A DNA stretch of 64,000 nt from Geosiphon pyriformis uo1. Lineage: Eukaryota; Fungi; Glomeromycota. A program made the translations under genes and the position numbers. The stretch is taken from NCBI GenBank assembly GCA_016748015.1, contig JAAOMT010000436.1, positions 1,188,033 through 1,252,032 of the forward strand, read 5' to 3'. The notes beneath the pieces are model-generated. The model saw only the letters and a program-made list of their open reading frames with translations. It was not told the origin of the DNA and did not search any database. Shown piece after piece: positions 1-13,061 of this stretch. Each line of letters starts with the position of its first letter. Within the stretch, counting starts at the first letter, position 1.

Positions 1-327
1 GTCTATTTAATGGAATCAAATAATACTTTTTCAATTGACAAATGTAGATAGGATAGAGAGTAGATGGACTCAATACTCTTATTATTCTGGTATTCATCAG
101 TGATCAGTACATTATCTGCGCTACTAAAGTTCTATGCCCGATGTAAACTCCGAACATACTGCTCAACTATGCTCGTATTGATATGTCAAAAGTTAGTGAA
201 AGGGCGTGACCACTTAACTTGACTACCCACTTTCGATTATCTTACGTTTCAGTTTCTATCACAAATCGTATTATCAACTCAGTATATCAATCTCTTTAGC
301 TGAACTACCTTGACTAGTACTTTCAAG

Positions 328-1791
328 ATGTCAGAACGAGACGCACAAAATCTTCTTGCGAAGGCTGATAAAAAGGCGACAACTTTTGGGTGGTTTGGTG
401 GTAACAAATTTGAGGAAGCATCAGAATTGTACAACAAAGCGGCCAATACCTTCAAGTTAGCAAAGCGTTGTAAGTATATTAATTAATTGTTTTTAAAATT
501 TGATGTTTTATAAAGAGCCGAGTTTTGAATCAGTTGTAATTCTGTTGAAACTAAGTGAGAAAACTGTAAAGTTAAATTAACTGTTGGATCGAACCTCAAT
601 TATATCGTGGCCGGAAAAGGACGTTTGATTTATTAAAGGATCCATTATCAAAATCATATTGATTTTCACATTTTACAGAATCTCACGCGTCTTTTACATC
701 TTATAGGGAAAGAAGCTGGAGATGCATTCATTAGAGCCGCTAGCATGCAAATCCAGTTGAATGAACGTGATGAAGCTGCAACTACTTATATAAATGCCTC
801 AAAGTGTTATAAAAAGAGCAGTTTTGAAGGTGAGAATATTCTGACTTTTTTTTGGCATGGATGAAGTGTACCTGATTCATGGATCCCCCTAATTCAAGGA
901 TTAATCACCAATACTAGATGCCATAACGTCTCTAAAACAAGCCATTGAAATATTCACCGATCGAGGACGATTTCAGGTAGCCGCTGGTCATCAAAAAGAA
1001 ATTGCTCAGATATACGAATCCGATCTAGTAGATCTAGAGAGGGCCATGCAGGCTTACGAAATTGCCGCCGATTGGTATGCTGGCGAGGAAGCAACTGCGT
1101 GAGTATGCTAGCTTTCTTATAAAAATATCCTCAATATAAATTTTCATTAATTTTCATTAATTAATTAATTAATCATTTCATAAAAGCCTAGCCAACAGTT
1201 GCTTGCTCAAAGTGGGGACTTTTGCTGCTACATTAGAACAATACGATAAAGCCATCGAGAAGTTTGAACAAGTAGCTAATGCAAGTCTTGACAATCAGCT
1301 CACAAAGTGGTCCCTCAAAGAATATTTTTTGAAAGCAGGTTTATGTCATATTGCTAATATGGTAAGACATTGGATTGAATATTTATATGTCGGATCCTAA
1401 TATTTTATTTATTACTATTTGAGCTGATTTAATTGTTAATTTTCCCCACCCCCACCCCCCCTCCCCTCAAAAAATCAGGATCATGTTGGCGCCCAAAGAG
1501 CCCTTCAACGATACTGCGAAATGGACGTGACCTTTAGCAGTACAAGGGAGTTTCAATTTCTTCAGGTAAAGTTGTAAATTTCATATAAGATTGATTTTAT
1601 AATCAGGACCATATTTTTGATACCATTTTGGATTCCCCTAGTCAATATTAGAGGCAGTAGAAGCAGGTGACAGTGAGATTTTCACAAACAAGGTGGTTGA
1701 GTTTGATCAATTAACCAAATTGGATAATTGGAAAACCACCATTCTGCTAAAGATCAAGAAAAGTATTCAAGAAGAAATCTCCTTCACATAA
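328..1791 (+). CDS. SEC17: alpha-SNAP (vesicle fusion protein Sec17), multi-exon
   Basis: ATG at 328 gives [35 protein letters not shown]; ORF 1203-1400 has [37 protein letters not shown]; the last exon reads [23 protein letters not shown] (stop 1789-1791); GT-AG introns. Confidence 0.95.
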
Positions 1792-2541
1792 AACAACTTT
1801 AAAAGGGAATCTTGGATATATATTCATAAATGGTACTGGCTTTATGAGGTGATTCGAGAGTATTGGAAATCTGGAATAGATTATGGAGTTTTTGCCGTCA
1901 AGCCATGCTTTCAGATGTTCGCCGTCAGAAGCCAATCCAGAGTTTGTCAGTAATTTTTTTGAGAATTGTATTAAATTTATTTGATCATGTTTTATTCTTT
2001 TCATAGATGATTACTCAAATTTTGATAATCGAATAGAACTTTTCTATTATTCTGCCACGCAATCAGACCCTCATCTAAAATAACTCCATTATTGGTCAAT
2101 GCGATTCGAGTTGAAAGTTACCGAGTCTTTGAAATGTGCTATCTTAACTCTAAACCGAACTGTTCAACTTTGGTTCGCCTTGAATTTCGAACTTGTCTCT
2201 CTTTTGATTCGATATCAAATATTACAATTCGTAATTCGCTGTCATGCTTAATCTTTTAATTAATTGGCGTCGAATATCGATAATCACCGATAAGGGAACC
2301 TTGAGCTCATAATCTAATTTTGGTGGCCTTCGCAAATCCATTAGTCGTCTGTTAAAAAGATGGGTTCTTGAGTTGGAAAATTGAGTTTTCTGCACATATT
2401 TTCACGTTTTTTAAACAGATATCAGTTTTGGGCTCGTGTGCAACCTGTGAGATCAGACTTTCGGGTTCATGGTCTTTAAAAGAGTATTATTTGTTTCAAT
2501 TATTTGCTCCGTATTTAACTTTGTGCGTGATATAACAGGGA

Positions 2542-2543
<2 letters not shown>

Positions 2544-2586
<43 letters not shown>
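2544..2586. repeat. (AAT)n microsatellite
   Basis: Direct reading of the tandem AAT tract. Confidence 0.95.
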
Positions 2587-2588
<2 letters not shown>

Positions 2589-2822
2589 TTTGAAAATTAT
2601 TATTACGTAAAATTTTAAACAAACAATTTTTAGCTTAAAAATTAAAGATAACATTTTAATAAATTGTAATAAATATAATGCTTAATTTTGATATGATTAC
2701 AATTCCAAATCATATAAATGTAATTTATTCTAATTTATGTAATATGCATTTTTCATATTTGCAATTTTATTTTTATTAAAAACATTAATATTTTAAAATT
2801 ATAAAACATCAAAATTCAAAAC

Positions 2823-2968
<146 letters not shown>

Positions 2969-3363
2969 TAATTATTTTAACAATAATTTTAATATTCAAG
3001 TTGAGCTCATTTATTCTTATTAAATTTTTGGTAATTTGTCAATTGATAGTTTTTATATATATTTCTTTAAATTTACCTGAAACCCATTATCAAATTGATG
3101 GGACCATTCAACACCAAATAAAAAAATAAACCTATTTCCATAAGAAATCCATTTAGTTTCTTTGAAGTTTTAAAGGATATTTATGAAAAAAGAGAATTCT
3201 TCAAGATCAATTTGAATAGTGCAGCAAATTTTCAATGTTGAACTTTTAATCAATTCTATATCTCTATCATCGGGAGCAAGAGCTCAAACTAGCCTCGCCA
3301 TTTGAAATCTTTTTATTCAGTCTCGATTTCGAACAACACTAAATAAACAAGGGACAAGTTTCT

Positions 3364-4326
3364 CTAACGATTTGACTTAGCAACACGTTCTAAGGATAGA
3401 AGATGATGAATTAATGAGACTAAATTTATGAATAACGACTTTAAAGAACATGTCGATTTTTATTACCGAGTTCATCTTTCTTCTTGATAGCATATGAATT
3501 GGAGCTACCCTCTGCAACAAAAAATTTCCGATTACATATTAGTTTTGCTCTAATATATTAATAAACGATGTAAGAACACTTACTCGCAGCATTTATGAGT
3601 TCGTCAGCCAGGCATTCAGCAATACTCTTTATATTTCGAAACGCGGATTCACGAGTCTATAATAAATTCAGAATTTCGACAATCTGGTGATTTAAAATGA
3701 GAAAGAAACCGCATTATAATCAGGGACTCACCCCAATGGTTAAAAGCGCAATTGCTTGATTCACACGACGCAACGGCGAAACGTCAACCGCCTGCCGTCT
3801 AACCGTACCGGCACTACCGATTCGAGTCGAATCTTCTCGTGGACCAGTGTTTATTATGGCATCTACAAGTACTTGAACGGGATTCTGATCGGTGAGAAGG
3901 TGAATGATCTCGAATGCGTGTTTTACAATTCGAACAGCCATCAGTTTTTTTCCATTATTTCGCCCATGCATCATTAAAGAATTGGTTAGACGTTCGACTA
4001 TTGGACACTGTAAGATAGAGCAAAAGAAAGACGTAAAATTAATACAAACATTTCATTTTACATGATTAATTATTAGTTTTATGAAGGTTAGACCCAATGA
4101 TTAAATACAAAATTTAAATTGTTTGGACGCTATCAAGTGAACTCACTTGAGCTTTTCGGAACCGTTTTGCGGAAAACCTTCCAGCAGTGTGAGACAGGTA
4201 AACGGGGTTAATTATTTGAATGTAGTCGATCAAGGAGATATCTTTGACTTCTACATCTTCATAACTCCACTTGTTGAATAGCCGGATGCCCTGAGCTTCG
4301 GCTAAAATTTCTGCAACTTGGGCCAT
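3364..4326 (-). CDS. RPS5: 40S ribosomal protein S5 (uS7), multi-exon
   Basis: [23 protein letters not shown]; [24 protein letters not shown]...[17 protein letters not shown]; ends [14 protein letters not shown] after splicing. Confidence 0.97.
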
Positions 4327-4790
4327 GGTATGCTAATTTTAAAAGTTTGGATCGTCAAAGAAAAAACCTATATATATCAATTATTTGAAGTATATTCGAT
4401 GTGCGGGAACTTTGAAAAGATTTATAACCCAACCAACCCTACCTACTTCCTCTGTAAAAGGAAAAATAAATAAGCAGAAATAAAGCAGCTTATCTAGGCT
4501 CATTAAAAAAAATTTTCTAGATGTAATCTACATCCGCGAATTACAAATGACCAATAAGATCATACGGCAAACTTTAATCTTTAAATGTGTTAGCTGATGA
4601 TGAAACTACTATGATTTCTGAACAATTGCATAACTTGCTATTCCCGGAAATTTAAAAAAAAAATTTGCTTGGTCTTAATTTTTTTCTTGATCTCCGGAGT
4701 ATTCATATCAATGAAGTGTTGGACTCAAATTTTGAACCATCTTGTCTTGGAAAAAAAGGAATTCCTTGGATTAACATTCAATTATACGAG

Positions 4791-5782
4791 TTATTCGGGT
4801 GGTCCTTGTAATATGTTTCGAACATATTCTTGGACTAAGATACCTTGAAGGTGGTAAACATTCTTGAATTAAAAGCCGAGGTATGGTAATTCAAGGCGCT
4901 TAGTCCTCCATCGCCTTACATACCTAACGCTGTTAAGGCAGTACCATCCATGTGCCCGAGAATATTCGATAGACCATTCTCAAGATAATACTTACGGGCA
5001 AACTGATTAATAGCTTCTAATAATTCCTATTCTAAAATATTTAAAAAGGAAAATAGTAAAAAATTTATACATTATGAACACTCACCTCATTTGGAAGCTC
5101 CATCGAGTCTTTCTTTGGTAAAAAATTAGGTTCTTCTTTTGGTAAAGTGGTCCTACGCTGGTGTAGGTTTCTTAGAGAATTCAAATCAAAGAAACTATCT
5201 TCTTGGGGATTGAAAAATCCACTTTCTCGTAATTCATCCGACTCCTTGAGAGTTGAAAACGAACTTGAACCTTCATCTACTGCGCTGTCTGAAAAATCGC
5301 TTGATTCATCATCAGCATCTGAGGATGTAGAGGAATTTGTACCAAGCTGGGTATTTTCTGAAATGTTGGCTTCATCGATATTCGGGTCTTTTTGAATGAT
5401 CTTGATAATAGTGATTCAATTTTTAGGTATGTAAATGTACAAATGGAAAATAATGCCATGGAAAAAATAATTTACCGAAGGACGATGGCTAAATAAAAAG
5501 TAAACACCTTTAAATAACCTATTTTTATCGATAAAATACTCAAGTAGCGGGACAGGGCACACGAGTGATTTGGATGCAGCAAGCTTATTCTTGAATTTCC
5601 TAAGTTTCTTCAAAGATTTCGCTTCATATAGATAAACCTTGCAAGGATTATTCGGGAATAATTCTACTCGAACTTTAAATGTGATGATTCACCAAGATGG
5701 CGCAATTATATTTATAACCAAGAAAATAAAAATTGAACTATAGTGACTTGATTTCTGTTGAAACACCTTTCTCATGCCTCAT
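4791..5782 (-). CDS. putative RNA polymerase I upstream activation factor subunit, Rrn10-like, multi-exon
   Basis: Spliced reconstruction MRHEK|VYLYEAKSLKK...acidic Ser-rich linker...MELPNE|ELLEAINQFARKYYLENGLSNILGHMDGTALTALG|ILVQEYVRNILQGPPE*; the C-terminal LL.AI..FA...MD.TAL.ALGILV.E motif resembles fungal Rrn10. Confidence 0.6.
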
Positions 5783-6203
5783 TATTAGCCATCAAATAAG
5801 ATGGAGGCAATAGGATATTTACGTGTATCCAGTTCATTTTGTCGGGACGGTGAATCGATGGAACCAGTGCTCAAATAGTACTTCCGATCATATAAACGTC
5901 CCGAATCTATCTCTTTTAAAACTGTGTAGGCGAATTTCGGTGCAACCTCTAAAAATTTTAGCGCTTGCCTTGCATTTATACAACGTTTGACGAGCTTTAG
6001 CGATGTGTCATAAATGTATATTATGTCGCGGTCGGTGTAAGACATTTCTTTGAGTCCCAATGACCTAATGATAATCCCTACTTGATTAATTATTATTTTT
6101 GATATGCGCAATTTATACTTGACGTCACAGATCTTTCAGGAAGAACCTATGTTGGACTTTCACCTAAACTTCCCTTTTTATTAAAAGCTGAAATTCTGTG
6201 GAC

Positions 6204-8103
6204 ATGCAATACCTTGACCCACCATACATCAGTTCTCCCTTGCAGCATGCTGGTCTGTATGGCATTGCAAGTAGTTATTCAGCGAATACAACCCCAAGTA
6301 AGCGCTCAACCCGACAAGGTATGAAATTAGGAGATTCTGCTTTTAACTTTGGATTTTTGATCCCGATTTTAAAGTCTCCTGACCTGATTTACCTTACGCT
6401 ATTACCTAGAATAGGCTTTGTTGCGCCTATACAGTCTACTGCGCAAGCAATTTGGACCACGTATTCCAACCGTCTAAAAGAAGGCAATACATCGCTTCTT
6501 TTGCCTGTTATAAGCAAAAGACGAACGCGTGGTGCCGGACCTTCTAGTTATGTGGAAGATATGGTAACGGACGAAGAGGAATTTTGGGGTAATGACGAGT
6601 TCAAAAGGGGTATAACTCCTGTTGACAAAACCGGCACAGTTCGTCCGACCTTATCTCGTGAAGGAACAGGCGATAAGCCTGTTCAAAAACGTTTCATGCG
6701 GAGAACTAAACATGTGTATAAGTAAGAATTTATATATTGTTACAATTCATTTGCCATGCTTTTGATTCAATCATTCCAATATCCTTCGTTTTTCTACGAA
6801 CTTCAGATCTGTCAAGGAGGTGGAAAGAATGGCTGATCAAAATGAAATCCTCATTCCAATCAGGCTTGATATTGATTTCGAGCATCATAAGTTACGCGAC
6901 ACATTCACTTGGAACTTGAATGGTAAATACATTTTGTTTATGTGTTTTCACGTGACATGTTTCAGGTTAATTCTAAATGATAGAAAATTTTTTTAATAGA
7001 AAAAATTATTACACCCGAAAATTTTGCCGAAATAATGTGCAATGATCTTGACATCTCGGTGGATACTTACTCTCCGATGATTGCAGAATCTATAAGAACT
7101 CAAATTAATGATTACGAACCAACAGCAGAAAAAAGCTTGAAACAAGAAGATAATAGAGTCACTATAACAGTTGGTATTTTGGTCTAAAAAATTTTATAAC
7201 CACCTTTTAATTTCGTATTGTAACTGAGATTCATATACGTGATTTATAAGCTAGATGTACAGGTGGGAAAAATGAATCTTCGAGATCGATTTGAATGGGA
7301 CCTCAGTTCCGATTTGACACCAGAGGAGTTTAGTCGCTTGCTAACTGCCGATCTTGGTGTCGGTGGTGAATTTGCACCAATAATAGCGTTTAATATTCAT
7401 GAACAGTTATTACGCCACAAAAATGAAATATTAAATGACTCAGACACAGAAAGTGAACCTCTCCAGTCTGCGTTTCGAGCTTTAGATGAAGCAGAAGACT
7501 GGTCTCCCGTTTTAGGCACCTTAACTACTGAGGAGTTAGAAAAACTTGTGCTAGACAAAGAGAGAAGCTTTAGGTATGTGAAAACCTTAGCAATTAAAAG
7601 AAAACTTAATTAAATTAATGTTGAAATTTTTCTTCAGACGCCTTCGAAGAGAAACTTCTCGTTTTGGCAATTCAAGGTCACGTCACTTGCGACAAACAAC
7701 CCCACGTTCATCCAGTGGTATCAGATCCCCTGCTGCAACCCCAACAAGGCGTAATAAAAACCTAAAACAAGAACGCGTCAGAGGAGAAAGGGGTACAAAA
7801 TTAGCGCCCGAACAATTAGAAAAGTGGCATTGTGATCATTGTCGGATCAATGGACGTGATACTCCTTTGGTAAGAAGGGGGCCTGATGGTGGCAAGGTAC
7901 TTCTTATTCAATTAAAGTCTTTTATAGGAGTTCAAGACTGTATTCCCAAGCTATTTTTAAAACCATTTCTCTACTTCTAAATTTAGACTCTTTGTAATGC
8001 ATGTGGCTTGTACTGGATTAATAAAGCAAAATTGCCTCCACTTCGTAAAGATATGTTTGCACAACAGGAAATTGATAGCCAAAACCGCGTTCCCGACCAA
8101 TAA
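6204..8103 (+). CDS. SFH1: RSC chromatin-remodelling subunit Sfh1 (SNF5 family) with C-terminal GATA-type zinc finger
   Basis: SNF5 repeats LIPIRLDIDFEHHKLRDTFTWNLN and LDVQVGKMNLRDRFEWDLSSDLTPEEFSRLLTADLG; finger WHCDHCRINGRDTPLVRRGPDGGK|TLCNACGLYW; stop at 8101-8103. Confidence 0.85.
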
Positions 8104-9311
8104 ATCAAATTGATTTACATAATATTTGTTTCAGTCACGTTTTCTTATGATAAAAAGCTTTGCAATTTTGAAGAAGTTCCTGATATGAAATTAATTTTAT
8201 ATTACGAAAATCAACGTTTGAACCTGATGCAATTCTGTTAAATAGTCCGTAGTAAATTTGAGGCTACTGATTGCGTATTAAGAAAGAATGATTTAATTTA
8301 CACACTCAATTTTAGAAATTCAATTTGGGTGATTGACCGATTGTGGCATAACTTTAAAAAAAAGGGTCTTGAGTAAAAAAACGCTTTTTGCTTTGAAAAC
8401 GCTAAATCTGTTTTTTAACAAAAATTCATCGTCTCTTGATTCACAAATATTTTTTATAAAATATGTAATCCTACCTAACCAGTGATGTCTTATTGCAATT
8501 TTGTATTTTTGAACATGATTATAAAATTAGTATTAGTTTGTTGTGTGGACTTTTTAGCCGATAATAATTATTAATATTTAAAATTGTAATTACAAGCAAA
8601 AAATTAAGAATAACAAAAACTTGACGAAATAAAACATATACTTTAATAATTTTGAATTTTTATTTAAAATCTATGGCACATTAAAATAATTTAATATTTT
8701 TTAAAATTTAAGAATTAAAAAAAAAAGATTTATAAAATTATAAAATAGTTTTGATTAAAAATAACATATTTAAATATTTAAATTTATTTAAATTTTTTAA
8801 ATTGAAAATTTTAATAATATTTCTTACATTGTGGCGAGTAGAATTTTAATAATAATCATTGTTAAAAATAGTTTCTTATTAAAATCATAATTCAAAATGT
8901 AAATAATTGAAATATTTATCATTTAAGCATTTTTATTTTAACACAATAGTTTTTGAAATTGTCATTTTTGTTTTGAGAATTTTCAGCTTACTCTGAAATG
9001 CCCTTTAAAGAGAGCGAGAAAGGAGCAAATACAGAAAAATTCGAACAGCGAAAGCAGGAAAAATCGTGAACAGGGGAATTAAAGAAGGATGGCAGGCAAT
9101 ACCACAGAAATCGTGTGCAAACAGAACAGCAAACGCGCGAGTAAAAGGAAGAGTAGAAACAAAAATAATTATATAAATGACGTCACAAAATTTGTTAAAT
9201 AATCCTAAAAAGGCTTCTGCACATTGAAATAAAACCTCACTTGCATAATCGATCAATGAATTAAAAAATTTCATAAAAAAAATAGCTCTAAGTTGGCCGT
9301 TGCTTGTCAAG

Positions 9312-12300
9312 ATGTCTGCAATACTCCCCACCCAATTCGCTTGTGAGTAACCCTAACTGAATCATGTATAATGTTCACGTTCAAGTGATTACCATGATTA
9401 CGCTGAGTTTTTTGAGGATTTCTCCCTTTGACCTACAATCTTTCTGGGGCTTTTTTGAATAGATCGGTCCGTCAGCGGTGTTGGCTTGTCTTCTGGGCAC
9501 CCAGATTTTTTTTCTGTAGAGAACTTAACTGAGTAATTATCATATCAAATTTTTTAGAGCATTAGGAAATCTAACCGTGTAGAAACTTGGGATTTTATTA
9601 ACTTGATTACAATTTTTCTATAACGAAAGTGACGACAACACCAAAACATTTCAATACAGCAAAGATGGGAGATATTTCGGTTGTGCCTCAGCAGAAAGGT
9701 CATTTATGATTTTAATATTAAACCTTAACCTTTATCAAAATCTGATCCGATTGTCTTATGTAGGGTTGTGATTATAAATGCCGAAACTGTGGAAATAGTA
9801 AAAGAAATTAAACGTAAAAATGTTGTGGAAATAGGGTTTTCACCAAAGGGTACATTCTTGACTACTTGGGAAAGGCCTGGTAAGTCTAAAGCAAATCTTT
9901 GTCGTCAATTTTGCCAAGTACTTTTCACTGATAAACTTGACTCTAGAGGCAATTTTTATTTTCCAACTTCAAAAAATATTGTTTAAAATAAAATTTTCCT
10001 CTTTCAATATTTAATATTTATAGTTAAGTTGGAAGAGAATGTGATGCACAAAAATCTTATTTTATGGGAGGTAGAGTCGGGCAAAGAGCTCATATCGTTT
10101 GCGCAAAAAAGTCAATCGAATTGGTGAGGAGAAATAAAGTTTGGTTAATATGTGGAATTTTCAATTTTATGTAACTTAATTGTTTTGCATGAGAGTTTTT
10201 AGGAATGTCCAATGGACAGAAGATGAATCATTTTTTAGCCGTATGGTTACTGGGGAGGTTCATTTTTACGCTAGTAATCGCATTGACAAAGAGGTTCATT
10301 CCAAATTGCGTTTAGAGGGTATCGCTGATTTTTCTCTGTCTCCCGGCAAAAGTCCCTCAATCGCTGTATTTATTCCAGAGAAAAAGGTAACTTTTAACTA
10401 TTAATTATAGCAAAGACCAATTTTAAATTCATGTTTAACAAATTGTTTCTCTCATAGGCTGGGCCTGCGCGCGTTCAAATATTCTCTATCACGAATTTCA
10501 ATACTACTCTTGCCCAAAAGACTTTTTATAAAGCAGATAAGATCCAAATGAAATGGAATGATCTCGGTACTAATCTGTTAGTTTTGACACATACCGATGT
10601 TGACAAAACGAATAAATCTTACTACGGAGGTACTTTACAATATATGTATAAGATTATTTCTATCATTTTTACTGGAAAAAGTATTAATAATACATATATT
10701 AGAGACGAATCTGTACTCACTTTCGGTTGCCGGCAATTACGATTGTCGTGTTCAACTTGGTTAGATATTCTTATGAAAATTTTTCTTGCTGCTTTTATAA
10801 TCCCTATTAAAATTGTTTCTTTATTCAGATAAAGAAGGCCCAATTCATGACGTGACATGGAGTCCTAACTCAAAAGAATTTATAGTCATTTATGGATGTA
10901 AGCTGCTTTGCCTCGTCGCTTTGGCAGTCTGCCATTTTTAATTATAGCTATCCTTCCTATTTAGATATGCCCGCAAAGGCAACATTATTTGACCATCGTG
11001 CTAATCCCGCGCACGAGCTTGGAATTAATCCTCGCAACATAGTACAATTTAATCCTCAAGGGCGCCATATCCTTTGCTTTATATATAAATTTGTGCTTAT
11101 TTGATATTTAGTAAGAAACCTTGACCATCTATTTTTTTGAATTTTCACTTTTTTTTCTTGCTGGTTTCGGAAATTTAGCAGGGACGATGGATATATGGGA
11201 TCACAAGAGCCTAAAAAAAATCTCAACTATTGAGGCACCAAATTCTTCAGAATCCGCATGGTCCCCCGATGGACGCTATATAATGACGGCAACACTTAGT
11301 CCACGGCTACGAGTGGATAATGGATACAAAATATGGCATTACACAGGCGTGTTGGTACACGCTAGGAACGTTAACGAATTGCTGCAGGTTCGCACTGAAA
11401 AAGAAATTATGTGATTGAAGGGAAAATGGAGAAATACATTATAGAATTCGTAGACTTTGTGTATATATAATGAATCATATCTTGACCGACACACATGGGG
11501 GTTGATGATTTCGGGATTCTATTGGGATATATTTTGAGAATGGTCATCAAAAAATTCTCTGGACCATAAACAGGTCGGTTGGCGACCAGCCAGTGTAAAT
11601 CTATTTCCAATTCGTTCATTGTCGCCGCCCCCTCCTGCGGCACAAAATGCGCAGGAGTTTACTGTGAAGCCACCATGTAGGTCTCTCTGAACTTTTGAAA
11701 TGATTTGAAATTTTTCGTTTATTTTAATATTCAATCAATTAGCCAAAATTGTGGGGGCTTACCGACCGCCTCATGCGCGTGGGCAAGCCACTCCAGATCA
11801 TTTCAAGGTAATATTAATGTTTAATACAAATTACCCAAGAATCAACTCTGACTTTATCACTTGTACTTTTTTTCTTTAAAATTGGGAATTATGTAGCGGG
11901 AAGACGAAACCTCTATAAAAGCCAAGGTTCAACCAAATGGAACAAAATCGAGTAACAGTACAGATTGTAAGTTTTATCCATCCAGCGTCCATTATGCTTT
12001 GCAGGTTACAACTAAATTGGAAATTTCCTATTTTCAGCGTTATCCAAAATATCTGCAAAGAACAAAAAGAAAAGGGAAGCTAAGAAAAAGAAAGATGAAG
12101 CTATTCAATCTTCATCCGAGATACAAGGTTTTAATAATTATTTGTAGCTTAATCAATTTGAAAGAATAGAAAGTACAAATTTATTCATTTTAACCAGTAG
12201 AGACGACTCCGTTGAATGTAGTATCCTCGGAACTTGAGGAAACTGTTATTCTCAGTAATGGAAGTTCAATTCCCATTATTACTGAAATGCCATTAGACTC

Positions 12301-12603
12301 GACCAGCGCAAATCTTATTTCAGATACGCAATTATCCTCACAATCCGGAACCGTTCTCACCGAAACAGAAAAGAAAATTCGCAACCTCACCAAAAAATTA
12401 CGACAAATTGCTGAGCTCAAAGACAGGCAAGCAAATGGCGACAAGCTAGAGCAGACTCAAGTGAGCAGGATTTCTTCATTTAAGGCTATATTAAAAAATT
12501 ATTCAATTGATTTCAAAATTTAAAATTTATTTTATAGATTTTAAAGATTGCAACTGCAGCTGCTTTAGAGAGAGAGCTTCAACAATTAAGGCATATTGGA
12601 TAA
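9312..12603 (+). CDS. EIF2A: eukaryotic translation initiation factor 2A (beta-propeller), about 17 exons
   Basis: FSPKGTFLTTWER; KTFYKADKIQMKWNDLGTNLLVLTHTDVDKTNKSYYG; LAGFGNLAGTMDIWD; WSPDGRYIMTATLSPRLRVDNGYKIWHY; C-terminal EKKIRNLTKKLRQIAELK. Confidence 0.95.
11067..11148 (+). other. U12-type (minor spliceosome) AT-AC intron in eIF2A
   Basis: Begins ATATCCTTT, has branch-site-like CCTTGAC at 11119-11125 and ends TTTCAC; its removal gives in-frame NPQGRLFFLAGFGNLAG. Confidence 0.88.
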
Positions 12604-13061
12604 TAATTTGAACTTTTAATTTTAAGGGATTAATCTTGGGAATTCAAAAGAAATTTTTGTGGTTTGGGTATTTCAACTTATAATTTTTTTTAATTTAATA
12701 CAATTTTTTATTTGAATTAAAAAGTAGGAGTCTTTAACCAATATTTAATGAGTCATCCCAAATAAAATAAATCTACATGTTTGAATATTTTGAATTGTAT
12801 TCAATATTTTCGTCTACTCGATTTGAGATCAAGATTTCAGAGAGCACTCGACAATTTAAAAGTGGCAATCATTACTACTTATCATATTATGACATTTTTG
12901 GCTAAAGAGGAAATTATTCACTTTTTACTAGGGATCTCATTGACCATTTAATAAAGCCCAACAGTTTAAGAATGTATTTTTTGCTTTAAAACAAATTTCC
13001 TAGATACAACTATGTATAAAATCGGGAACACGGGAATTACATAAGTATCCAAATTAACGGC

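Noticed and set aside
5785-6111. 108-aa minus-strand ORF between the Rrn10-like gene and SFH1
   Set aside because: Non-ATG start, no recognisable motif, lies in a divergent promoter
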